Shown in pieces: positions 37,577 through 46,371 of a stretch of 64,000 bases of DNA; positions within the stretch are counted from its first letter, which is position 1, and each line of letters begins with the position of its first letter. The DNA is from Eubacteriales bacterium (GTDB taxonomy: Bacteria > Bacillota > Clostridia > Tissierellales > Dethiosulfatibacteraceae). Location: contig JAWOEG010000019.1 in the NCBI GenBank assembly GCA_046482875.1, positions 9,605 through 73,604 on the forward strand, read 5' to 3'. Below the pieces are notes generated by a model, which saw only the letters and a program-made list of their open reading frames with translations, had not been told where the DNA came from and did not search any database. Both the position numbers and the translations under genes were made by a program.

Positions 37577-39202
37577 TTGAAATTAAAGAATAATTATTTA
37601 AATATGTTAAAAGAGCTGCCTAAGTCTATAGAATCAAGAAGCGGGCAGCTTCTTGTTAAATTAGGAATTATAAAAAAACATGGTAAAGGAATATATTTTT
37701 TTACACCCTTTGGGTTGAATTTGCTTAATAATGTAAAAGAAAAATTCAAAGAAAAACTTGTTAAAGAGAACTTTGCAGAAATCGATACACCTATCATTAA
37801 TTTGAAGAATAATTTTAATGAAAAAGGATATTTTGAATCAAAGGATATAGATGGGAAATCCTACCTAACTAGAGGTCCGGATTTATATTTATATGATGAT
37901 TATTTAAAAAACATAATTAAATCATATAAAGATTTACCAGTAGAGTATTACTATTTTAATAAAAAAGCTAACAACGACAATAAAGCTAATGAAGAATTAC
38001 TAAATCCAATGGCAACTGAAATATATAAATCTTTTTCTGCTTTATCAAATGAAAACTACGAAGAAAAGATAAATAAATACAAAGAACAAAGTTTGAATTT
38101 TTTAAAATGTTTTGGTATAAAACCTACTATCATTAGAAAACACAAAGATTCTCAAGGGATAATCTACGGTTGGCTTAGCAAAAAAGGTAGGGAAAAGGCA
38201 GCCTATTGTCCTCAGTGTAAAAAATATTACGATATTGAATACATGGGAATAGGTAGTTATACAAGAGAATATGAAGAGCTTAAAGAGTTAAAGAAGATAA
38301 AAACACCTAGTATAAAAACTATAGAAGATTTACAAGAGTTTACAAATGCTGATATTAAAAAACTTATAAAAGCTGTTTTGTTAAAGGTAGTTGACAAAAA
38401 CTACGTAATTTTTATAAGAGGTGATAGGGAATTAAGCAAGGTAAAGCTTGCAAAACTGATTAAAAGTGACGAAAACCTAATCAGACAAGCATCAGAAGAA
38501 GATTTAGAAGATATGGGAACTACAGGAGGATTTGTAGGACCAATTGGGCTAAAAAATTGCCAAATCTTAGTAGATGAAGAAGTAAGATATATAAAAAATG
38601 GAATTGCCGGAGCTAATGAAGAAGATTACCATATGGAAAACATTAACTACGATAGAGATTTTAAAGGTAGTGTATGTGGCGATATTGTTGTAGCTAATGA
38701 AAAGGATTTATGTGTTGAATGTAGTTCAAACATAGAAATTCATAACTACTATAAAATAGGTGAATTAAAGGGTGATACTGAAATCTGTGATGGAGTAACG
38801 GATATAAAATATATTGATAGAACAGGAAAAGAAAATTCAATATACAAAATAGAAAATTTATTAGATTTATACAAAACAATATCAGTTTCTTTAGAAGAAA
38901 AAGAAGATAATTTATTAAAATTGATTCCTTGGGATATACATATTTTATTATTAAAAACTGATGATGAAGACAGCATCATATTAGGAGATAAGATATACAA
39001 TATTTTAAAGAATAATGGTAGAAAACCTCTTTTGGATGATAGAAATATGAAAGTAGGACATAAATTTAAAGAAGGAGAATTACTAAATATAAATGAAAAG
39101 ATAATAGTAGGGCGAAGAGCCAAAGAAGGTATAGTAGAATATCAAAACAATGAAGATGATAAAAAAATCGAAATTACACTAGAGGATATAGATAAGTTAT
39201 AA
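37577..39202 (+). CDS. bacterial-type ProRS paralog with a recognisable INS/YbaK-like editing domain and anticodon-binding domain but degenerate class II catalytic motifs (putative pseudo-synthetase / trans-editing factor)
   Basis: TTG start behind AAGGTGA. The N-terminus resembles bacterial ProRS (LKELPKSIESRSGQLLVKLGIIKKHGKGIYFFTPFGLNLLNNV). Where motif 2 (FRDE..RPR.G..R..EF) is expected, the sequence is YYYFNKKANNDNKANEELLNPMATEIY. Where motif 3 (GxGxGxxR) is expected, it is IENLLDLYKT. The central segment IKAVLLKVVDKNYVIFIRGDRELSKVKL...GFVGPIG...IAGANEEDYH looks like an intact INS editing domain. Confidence 0.7.
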   Translation: MKLKNNYLNMLKELPKSIESRSGQLLVKLGIIKKHGKGIYFFTPFGLNLLNNVKEKFKEKLVKENFAEIDTPIINLKNNFNEKGYFESKDIDGKSYLTRGPDLYLYDDYLKNIIKSYKDLPVEYYYFNKKANNDNKANEELLNPMATEIYKSFSALSNENYEEKINKYKEQSLNFLKCFGIKPTIIRKHKDSQGIIYGWLSKKGREKAAYCPQCKKYYDIEYMGIGSYTREYEELKELKKIKTPSIKTIEDLQEFTNADIKKLIKAVLLKVVDKNYVIFIRGDRELSKVKLAKLIKSDENLIRQASEEDLEDMGTTGGFVGPIGLKNCQILVDEEVRYIKNGIAGANEEDYHMENINYDRDFKGSVCGDIVVANEKDLCVECSSNIEIHNYYKIGELKGDTEICDGVTDIKYIDRTGKENSIYKIENLLDLYKTISVSLEEKEDNLLKLIPWDIHILLLKTDDEDSIILGDKIYNILKNNGRKPLLDDRNMKVGHKFKEGELLNINEKIIVGRRAKEGIVEYQNNEDDKKIEITLEDIDKL

Positions 39203-39279
39203 TTTTTTAATTAAAAAAACATTCAAAAACCACATGATTATATGATATAATCTTCATACTAATGCTAAAGGAGAGCTAT

Positions 39280-41115
39280 ATGATAAAAAAAACAATTTTG
39301 ATATTAATATCTATGATACTTATAATCTCTACAGGATGCTCAAATAATGATGAAGAGCCTAATCCAGGAGAAGAAAATACTACTCCACCAGCCCTAGAAA
39401 ACGGTGAAGAGGAACCGGAAGAACCGGAAGAAGAACAACCGACAGAAGAAGAATTAGCACAGATGGCTTATGATGAATATCTAGAAGAATTAGAAACTTT
39501 AGAAAATGATAGAACAGAAACCTTGGGAAAATTCTATATTAAATTACCTGAATTGTCCTTTGAAGAATTTAAAAATAAAGATGAACCTAAGGAAAAAGTT
39601 GAAGCAAAGGGACTATTTTTTACGGGGAGTTCAGCTGGAATGGGTCTAGATGATGAAGACATACAAAATTATGCAGCCTATGTGAAAGCACTAGGAGAAG
39701 GTGACCAGGGAAAAATCAACGAGTTACTGCCTTTAATAGATGGAGTAAATAGATTTGAAAGAGCCGTTGCTTTAGCAATAGAGACAGAGGTTAATGCCTT
39801 TGTTATAGACGTAAAAGATGACAGCGGTTTTATGACTTACGAAAGTAGTTTAGAAATAGTAGAAGAAGTTAATGGAAACAGAGGAGTAAGGATTAAGGAT
39901 GTTGAAGGAATGCTTCAAACCTTAAAAAAATACGATATATATACAATAGCAAGGATTGTAACATTTAAGGACGAAAACTTTGCTGTTCAAAAACCAGACC
40001 ACTCTATACAGCTTAAAAACGGTGGCGTTTGGAAAGACTACAGCGGGACATCATGGGTTAATCCCTTTGATGAATACGTATGGGATTACAATATAGCTAT
40101 TGCAAGAGAAGCAGCATTAAAGGGATTTGATGAAATACAGTTTGACTATGTAAGGTTTCCCGATAATGCTATAGTATACAATCCCATAACACATTTTCCA
40201 GGAAGAAACGACAGGGAAAAGGACGAAGCAATTGGAGATTTTCTGAAGTATGCTGAAAAGGAATTAGTTGATTACAATGTTTTTACTGCAGCGGATGTTT
40301 TTGGTTTAATAACTAAGGGATGGGATGATTTTCCTGAAGATATTGGACAAAGCTGGATAGAAATGGCACCATATGTTGATTATATGTGTCCAATGGTATA
40401 TCCAAGTCATTATGGAGAATGGTGGTACGGATATGAGGCGCCGGATGCCCATCCTTATGGAGTTTTAAAGGGATCCATGGAAGAAGCATTAGAGAAAAAT
40501 GCAGCAATTGAAAACGACTCTTTAATTAGACCGTGGATACAGGGCTTTACTGCTGGCTGGGTAGAAGGACATATATACTATAGTCCAAGTAAGATAAGGG
40601 ATCAAATACTAGCATCAAAAGAACTAGGAATCGATGAATACCTAATTTGGGCTCCCGGTAATACATACGATCCGAGAATATTTTTCCCGTCGGAAGAGGA
40701 AAAAGCTACAACCTATCCTCTTGAAACAGGAGATAAAGACCTGGTTGGTCGAACACCGGCAGATGCTGTTTATGAGTACTTAAGTGCTGAAAGAAACGAC
40801 ACCATTAGTATGGTTTACCTACTTACTCCAATTGACGATAGAGTTCAAAACTTTAAAGAATTTTATAAAAATTATAAATCTTTAGGCTTTGAGTTGAGTG
40901 ATTACGAAGTGATGGAATATGATATATACGATGAAAATAAAGCTAATGTTAACTTATCCTATCAATATAAAATACTAGGTGAAGAAGTTGAAGAAGAAAA
41001 ATTCATAGAAGCGACAGATACATCGTGGCAAACTATTAAAGAAAAAGGTGTATGGAAGGTTAAATCTGAAATAGAAAGTGAAATAGAAACATTTAAAAAT
41101 ACTGCAGTTGAATAA
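39280..41115 (+). CDS. DUF4015-type putative glycoside-hydrolase-like lipoprotein
   Basis: The start is placed at ATG 39280 (MIKKTILILISMILIISTGCS, lipobox), behind AGGAG, and is followed by an acidic E/P-rich linker. The core with VNAFVIDVKDDSG, IARIVTFKD, QFDYVRFP and MCPMVYPSHY matches the uncharacterised TIM-barrel family DUF4015. Confidence 0.7.
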   Translation: MIKKTILILISMILIISTGCSNNDEEPNPGEENTTPPALENGEEEPEEPEEEQPTEEELAQMAYDEYLEELETLENDRTETLGKFYIKLPELSFEEFKNKDEPKEKVEAKGLFFTGSSAGMGLDDEDIQNYAAYVKALGEGDQGKINELLPLIDGVNRFERAVALAIETEVNAFVIDVKDDSGFMTYESSLEIVEEVNGNRGVRIKDVEGMLQTLKKYDIYTIARIVTFKDENFAVQKPDHSIQLKNGGVWKDYSGTSWVNPFDEYVWDYNIAIAREAALKGFDEIQFDYVRFPDNAIVYNPITHFPGRNDREKDEAIGDFLKYAEKELVDYNVFTAADVFGLITKGWDDFPEDIGQSWIEMAPYVDYMCPMVYPSHYGEWWYGYEAPDAHPYGVLKGSMEEALEKNAAIENDSLIRPWIQGFTAGWVEGHIYYSPSKIRDQILASKELGIDEYLIWAPGNTYDPRIFFPSEEEKATTYPLETGDKDLVGRTPADAVYEYLSAERNDTISMVYLLTPIDDRVQNFKEFYKNYKSLGFELSDYEVMEYDIYDENKANVNLSYQYKILGEEVEEEKFIEATDTSWQTIKEKGVWKVKSEIESEIETFKNTAVE

Positions 41116-41129
41116 CTGCAGTATTTTTT
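41099..41129 (+). terminator. rho-independent terminator
   Basis: Stem ATACTGCAG (41099-41107) / CTGCAGTAT (41116-41124) followed by TTTTT. It spans the stop codon of the preceding gene. Confidence 0.7.
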
Positions 41130-41270
41130 CTTTTGTTAACAAAAAAAGAACTTATGGCTAAATATGTATACGATAGGAATACAAACGTGCATAATTAAAA
41201 TACATAAGCCTTGATTTATTAAAGTTTTGTGTTATAATTGCAAAATAATAATTAAATTTAGGAGGAAAAT

Positions 41271-42296
41271 ATGTCAGATATAAGATTAGGGATTCTAGGG
41301 GCTACAGGAGTAGTTGGTGAAGAAATGATGAAAGTAATCGAGGAAAGAAATGTCAAATATAAAAGTTTAAAACTATTAGCAAGCAAAAAAAGTGCAGGTA
41401 ATGTAGTTGAATTTAACAATGAGCAATTAATTATAGAAGAAGTAAATGAAAATTCTTTTGATGACTTGGATATACTACTTGTTGCCGTAAGCAGCGGCTT
41501 AAGTAGAAAATTCAGTCCAATAGCAGTAGATAAAGGGGTAACAGTAATTGACAATAGTAGTGCTTTTAGGTTAGCTTCACAGGTTCCATTAATAGTACCA
41601 GAGGTTAATGGAGATGATGTAGTTAAACATAAAGGAATTATAGCAAATCCAAATTGTTCTACTATTATAGCATTAACTGCCTTAAACAAATTAAACCAAT
41701 ATGCAGGTATAAATAGGATGATAGTTTCTACATACCAAGCAGTATCTGGAGCTGGTGCTAAGGGGCTCAATGAATTAAAAGAACAGATATCAAATTTAGA
41801 GAATAATAAAGAATCGAAAAGTGAAGCTTTTCAGCATCAAATAGCTTATAATCTTATTCCGCATATAGGACCTTTCAATGAAGATGGATACTCTGAAGAA
41901 GAAATGAAAATGCAAAATGAAGGAAGAAAGATTTTTCATAATTCAAATCTTAAGGTGAACTGTACCTGTGTAAGAGTACCAGTATTTAGAAGTCATTCCG
42001 AATCAATAACTATAGAAACGAACAAGGAAATTACTGTTGACAAAGCAAAAGAAATAATTTCTGAAAGTCCAGGAGTTAAATTGGTAGATAATTTAGAAAA
42101 AAATATATACCCAATGCCTTTGGATACTTCAAACCAGGATTTAATATATGTTGGTAGAATAAGAAAAGATATAAGTAAAGAAGATAATAAATCCTTGACA
42201 CTCTGGTGTTGCGGAGATCAAGTTAGAAAAGGAGCAGCGACAAATGCAGTACAAATACTTCAGGAAGTAATCGAAAAAGAAGCTTATAAAAATTAA
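41271..42296 (+). CDS. asd: aspartate-semialdehyde dehydrogenase
   Basis: 341 aa with N-terminal ILGATGVVG, active-site NPNCSTI, and the VRVPV and GDQVRKGAA motifs. Confidence 0.93.
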   Translation: MSDIRLGILGATGVVGEEMMKVIEERNVKYKSLKLLASKKSAGNVVEFNNEQLIIEEVNENSFDDLDILLVAVSSGLSRKFSPIAVDKGVTVIDNSSAFRLASQVPLIVPEVNGDDVVKHKGIIANPNCSTIIALTALNKLNQYAGINRMIVSTYQAVSGAGAKGLNELKEQISNLENNKESKSEAFQHQIAYNLIPHIGPFNEDGYSEEEMKMQNEGRKIFHNSNLKVNCTCVRVPVFRSHSESITIETNKEITVDKAKEIISESPGVKLVDNLEKNIYPMPLDTSNQDLIYVGRIRKDISKEDNKSLTLWCCGDQVRKGAATNAVQILQEVIEKEAYKN

Positions 42297-42303
42297 AAAG
42301 TAT

Positions 42304-42332
42304 TTGACTTTTATAAAATCACAAGCTATAAT
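42304..42332 (+). promoter_or_regulatory. sigma-A promoter for the cysE leader
   Basis: TTGACT (42304-42309), a 17-nt spacer, then TATAAT (42327-42332). Confidence 0.6.
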
Positions 42333-42339
42333 AATACTT

Positions 42340-42578
42340 AATATCGTTGAATAAGGAAAGTAGTGTATAATGAAAATTTAGAGAGAGTATTTGTTTGGTG
42401 AAAAAATACTTATTGAATTTATATACGAAGTGCCCTTAAGAGATGCAGGTTGAAATTAGTAGGCTAGGCCGGAGTCCTCCGTTAAAAGGATATAGTATGA
42501 TAGTACTTAAAGTAGGGTTTAAATCAATTAGAGTGGAACCGCGGATAATCTCCGTCTCTTGTAAGAGGCGGAGTTTTT
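42340..42578 (+). promoter_or_regulatory. T-box riboswitch leader upstream of cysE (likely Cys, specifier not unambiguous)
   Basis: Stem I has AGAGAGAG and GGTGAAAA elements. The candidate specifier context is CGAAGTGCCC, which contains TGC. The T-box sequence AATTAGAGTGGAACCGCGG at 42526-42544 reads GGAACC where the usual form is GGTACC. The terminator is CTCCGTCTC / GAGGCGGAG (42550-42573) plus TTTTT. Confidence 0.8.
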
Positions 42579-42605
42579 GTATTTTTATTAAAAAAGGAGA
42601 AAAAA

Positions 42606-43130
42606 ATGAATTTTATAAGTAAAATAAAATTAGATATAAAAAGAGCCTTAGAAGTTGATCCAGCAGCAAGAAATTCTTTGGAAATATTGTTATTGTATCC
42701 TCATATAAAAGCATTAATAATTCATATATTAACCCACTTTCTATACAAAAAGAAATTGTTTTTTTTATCAAGGTTGATTTCTAATTTTGCTAGATTTCTT
42801 ACAGGAATAGAAATACATCCTGGTGCTCAAATAAGAGAAGGCCTATTTATAGATCATGGAATAGGGGTTGTGATTGGAGAAACAGCTGTGATAGGCAAAA
42901 ACGTTCATATGTATCACGGAGTTACTTTAGGAGGTACAGGGAAAGAAAGAGGGAAAAGGCATCCTACTATAGGAGATAATGTTATTATTGGAGCTGGAGC
43001 TATATTATTAGGTAATATAAAAATAGGCGAAGGAACTAAAGTAGGAGCAAATGCTGTAGTTTTAGAAGATACCAAACCTTATACAACTGTAGTGGGAGTT
43101 AAAGCCAAAGAAGTTAAAAAAAGAGGATAA
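42606..43130 (+). CDS. cysE: serine O-acetyltransferase (short form)
   Basis: 174 aa. Hexapeptide-repeat left-handed beta-helix ([46 protein letters not shown]) with a SAT-type N-terminus ([15 protein letters not shown]). Confidence 0.9.
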   Translation: MNFISKIKLDIKRALEVDPAARNSLEILLLYPHIKALIIHILTHFLYKKKLFFLSRLISNFARFLTGIEIHPGAQIREGLFIDHGIGVVIGETAVIGKNVHMYHGVTLGGTGKERGKRHPTIGDNVIIGAGAILLGNIKIGEGTKVGANAVVLEDTKPYTTVVGVKAKEVKKRG

Positions 43131-43149
43131 TAATTGCAATTATTATCCT
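43124..43149. terminator. 26-bp perfect palindrome between convergent cysE and the FAH-family gene (terminator, better suited to the minus-strand gene)
   Basis: AGGATAATAATTGCAATTATTATCCT. The A-run on its left gives a U-tract only for the minus-strand transcript. Confidence 0.55.
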
Positions 43150-43154
43150 TCCTA

Positions 43155-44051
43155 CTATATGATCTTGTTTTTTAAAGAACCTAATTTTTCGATTTTACAC
43201 TCTACTATATCTCCAGGTTTAAGCATTCTAGGAGGATTAAATCCCATACCTACTCCCGACGGAGTCCCTGTAAGTATTATATCTCCAGGATATAAAGTCA
43301 TTCCCTTGGATAAATCACTTATTAAATAAGGAATATCAAAAATCATTTTAGACGTATATGATGACTGTCTTACTTCTTTATTTACAAGGCATTCCAATTT
43401 TAAATCAAATGGCATTTTCAAAGCAGACTTATGTAAAATATATGGACCAATAGGGCTAAAGTTATCTAACGACTTACCCTTGAACCATTGTATATGTCCT
43501 TTTTGTAAATCTCTAGCAGATAAATCATTGGCTATAGTATAACCGAATATATAATTCTCAACATTTTTTTTATCAACATCCTTACATTTTTTGCCTATTA
43601 TTACAGCTAACTCCACTTCATAATCTACTTCATTAGTAGCGTCCCATGGAACATTAACATCAGAATTAGGTCCAATGGTAGGATGAGAAGTTTTACTAAA
43701 ATATATAGGTTTTGAAGGAATATTACCCCTTAACTCTTTAACAGTATCAAGTTCATTAACATGCTCTGAATAGTTTTTGCCTACACAAATTAAATTTCTC
43801 CGAGTATAGGGAATAGGGGATAGTATTCTTATCTCACTTATAGGTATTTTATTAAGACTCTCTGTATTAATAATTTTATTAATTCTTTTGATGATTTTAT
43901 CATTTGAAATATCAATAAAATCATTTATATTTAATGGAGTTGTCATTCCGATTTTTTTGAAAATTTCATCGGCTGGTATTATTTTTTCTCCATTGTTAGT
44001 CAAAAAACCGATTTCTTCTAAATTTCTATAACTGTAATTTAATATGTACAT
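43155..44051 (-). CDS. fumarylacetoacetate hydrolase (FAH) family protein
   Basis: 298 aa. The C-terminal catalytic domain has CVGKNY, YEVELAVIIGK, NDLSARDLQ and GDIILTGTPSGVG motifs. Confidence 0.85.
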   Translation of the reverse strand: MYILNYSYRNLEEIGFLTNNGEKIIPADEIFKKIGMTTPLNINDFIDISNDKIIKRINKIINTESLNKIPISEIRILSPIPYTRRNLICVGKNYSEHVNELDTVKELRGNIPSKPIYFSKTSHPTIGPNSDVNVPWDATNEVDYEVELAVIIGKKCKDVDKKNVENYIFGYTIANDLSARDLQKGHIQWFKGKSLDNFSPIGPYILHKSALKMPFDLKLECLVNKEVRQSSYTSKMIFDIPYLISDLSKGMTLYPGDIILTGTPSGVGMGFNPPRMLKPGDIVECKIEKLGSLKNKII

Positions 44052-44184
44052 TTTATCCCTCCTTTGATTGATTAATTATAACATAATAAATTAATTCTTT
44101 AAATAATCTAATATATTTAATATAATAGTTAAGGATGGGTAAATATCTATTGTATGCTAATAAATAAATAGAAAGAGGGATATT

Positions 44185-44979
44185 ATGATAAAAAATTGGG
44201 ATGAATATTTAATTCCCTATGAACAGGCAGTTGAAGAGTTAAAAGTAAAATTTAAAAGTATAAGAAAAGAATTTAGAGATGTTAATGAATATTCACCAAT
44301 AGAATTTGTTACTGGTAGGGTGAAAGAAATTTCTAATATTATAGAAAAATCAAGAATGAAAAAAGTTGAAATAGAAGAAATAGAAGATATTGCAGGTATT
44401 AGAATAATTTGCCAATTAGTAGCGGATATTCCCAAAGTTGTTAAAATCATTAGAAATAGAGATGGCAAAGACTTAGAAATTCTTGAAGAACGTGACTACA
44501 TAAAAAATCAAAAAGAAAGTGGTTACAGAAGTTATCATATAATTATAAAATATACTGTTCATACTGCTTTTGGAGAAAAAGAAATACTAGCTGAGGTACA
44601 AATAAGAACTTTAGCTATGAATTTTTGGGCTACAATAGAACATTCTATCAACTATAAATTTGATAAAAAAATACCGAAAAATTTAGCAAAAAGATTAAAA
44701 GAAGCAGCTGAAGCAGCTAATAGACTAGACGAAGAAATGTCAAAAATAAAACATGAAATAGTAGATGCACAAGAAATATTTATGATAAGGTCATCCTTAG
44801 TCGCGAAAATTTTAAAAAAGATACAGTTTTTATATTTTAGTGGAAATATGGAAAAAGAAAAATTAAAAAAATTACAAGAAGAATTTTATGTATATAGAGA
44901 AAATGGCTCTATAGAGGATTTAAGAAATTTAAATAGAAAACTAGAAGCACTTAACCAAAAATATTATATAAAGGATTAG
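44185..44979 (+). CDS. small alarmone synthetase (RelQ/RelP-like GTP pyrophosphokinase, RelA/SpoT synthetase domain only)
   Basis: 264 aa with the motifs GRVKEISNIIEK, DIAGIRIIC, SGYRSYHIII and EVQIRTLAMNFWATIEH. There is no HD hydrolase domain. Confidence 0.85.
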   Translation: MIKNWDEYLIPYEQAVEELKVKFKSIRKEFRDVNEYSPIEFVTGRVKEISNIIEKSRMKKVEIEEIEDIAGIRIICQLVADIPKVVKIIRNRDGKDLEILEERDYIKNQKESGYRSYHIIIKYTVHTAFGEKEILAEVQIRTLAMNFWATIEHSINYKFDKKIPKNLAKRLKEAAEAANRLDEEMSKIKHEIVDAQEIFMIRSSLVAKILKKIQFLYFSGNMEKEKLKKLQEEFYVYRENGSIEDLRNLNRKLEALNQKYYIKD

Positions 44980-44988
44980 GAGGAAGGA

Positions 44989-46371
44989 ATGTTAAATAAA
45001 AAAATTATTGAAAATGTAATAGAAGCAGCTCTGAGCTCAGGAGGAGATTTTGCAGAAGTATTTATAGAAGATAAAAAAGGTATTGGAATTAATATGATTT
45101 CTGGTAAAACAGAAAATATAATGTCAGGAAGAGACTATGGCATAGGTATAAGGATATTCAAAAATTTTAACAGTGTATATGCTTACACTAACAAAAGTGA
45201 TGAATCAACTCTTATACAAACAGCTAAAAAAGCATCGAAAGCACTTATAGGTAGTAAAGATATAAAAAATATAGTAATAAATAATACAAAATATGAAAAT
45301 AAGCATATTATAAAAATAAATCCTAATGAAATATCAACTAAGAAAAAAATTGAGGCTATGAAAAAAGCATATCTTAGTGCTAAAGAATTTGATGAAATCA
45401 TATCTCAAGTTACTGTTAATTACCAAGATTATAATCAAAAAATTGCAATTGCAAATTCAGAAGGACTTTATATTAAGGATGAAAGAACAAGAGGAAGAAT
45501 TGCAATTGGCGCTGTAGCAACTAAGGAAGGAGAAATGCAGTCTGGGTCATCAGCCCCCGGAGCACATAAGGGTTTTGAATTAATTGAAGATTTAGATATA
45601 GAATGGCACGGTAGAGAAGCAGCTAGGATAGCAAAAACTATGGTGAATGCTGATTATAGTCCTTCAGGGAAAATGCCTGTAATTATTCACAATGGATTTG
45701 GGGGAGTAATTTTTCATGAAGCTTGTGGACATGGATTAGAAGCTACTTCTGTTGCAAAAGGGAATTCTGTGTTTGCTGATAAAATAGATCAACAAGTGGC
45801 ATCGGAAATAGTAACAGCTGTAGATGATGGAACCTTACAAAACGAGTGGGGGTCTTCAAATATAGACGATGAAGGAAACCCAACTCAAAAGAATGTCTTG
45901 ATAGAAAAGGGTATATTAAAAGGATATATGATAGATAAGCTTAATGGAAGAAGAATGGAAATGGAGGCAACTGGGTCTTCAAGAAGACAGTCCTACAAAC
46001 ATTCACCTACTTCAAGAATGACAAACACCTATATAGCTAATGGAAGCTCAAAATTTGATGATATTATATCAAATACAGAAAAGGGATTATTTGCAAAATA
46101 TATGGGTGGAGGTTCTGTAAATCCGGCTACAGGAGAGTTTAACTTTGCAGTAATGGAAGGATATTTAGTTGAAAATGGAGTAATAAAAAAACCTGTTAGA
46201 GGAGCAACTTTAATAGGTAAAGGTATAGAAATACTTAAAAAAATTGATATGGTTGGAGATAATTTATCCTTTGGACAGGGAATGTGCGGCTCTTCAAGTG
46301 GTTCTGTGCCTGCAAATGTAGGTCAACCTACTATAAGAGTATCTGAAATCACAGTAGGAGGTAGGGAATAG
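44989..46371 (+). CDS. tldD: TldD-family metalloprotease
   Basis: 460 aa with the HExxxGH zinc motif (FHEACGHGLE) and a C-terminal GxC motif (GMCGSSSGSVP). Confidence 0.88.
   Translation: MLNKKIIENVIEAALSSGGDFAEVFIEDKKGIGINMISGKTENIMSGRDYGIGIRIFKNFNSVYAYTNKSDESTLIQTAKKASKALIGSKDIKNIVINNTKYENKHIIKINPNEISTKKKIEAMKKAYLSAKEFDEIISQVTVNYQDYNQKIAIANSEGLYIKDERTRGRIAIGAVATKEGEMQSGSSAPGAHKGFELIEDLDIEWHGREAARIAKTMVNADYSPSGKMPVIIHNGFGGVIFHEACGHGLEATSVAKGNSVFADKIDQQVASEIVTAVDDGTLQNEWGSSNIDDEGNPTQKNVLIEKGILKGYMIDKLNGRRMEMEATGSSRRQSYKHSPTSRMTNTYIANGSSKFDDIISNTEKGLFAKYMGGGSVNPATGEFNFAVMEGYLVENGVIKKPVRGATLIGKGIEILKKIDMVGDNLSFGQGMCGSSSGSVPANVGQPTIRVSEITVGGRE

Noticed and set aside
44185-44979. Small alarmone synthetase read as a toxSAS toxin-antitoxin module
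   Set aside because: No small antitoxin ORF is adjacent. The sequence has the standard RelQ/RelP motifs, and the gene is followed directly by tldD-pmbA.
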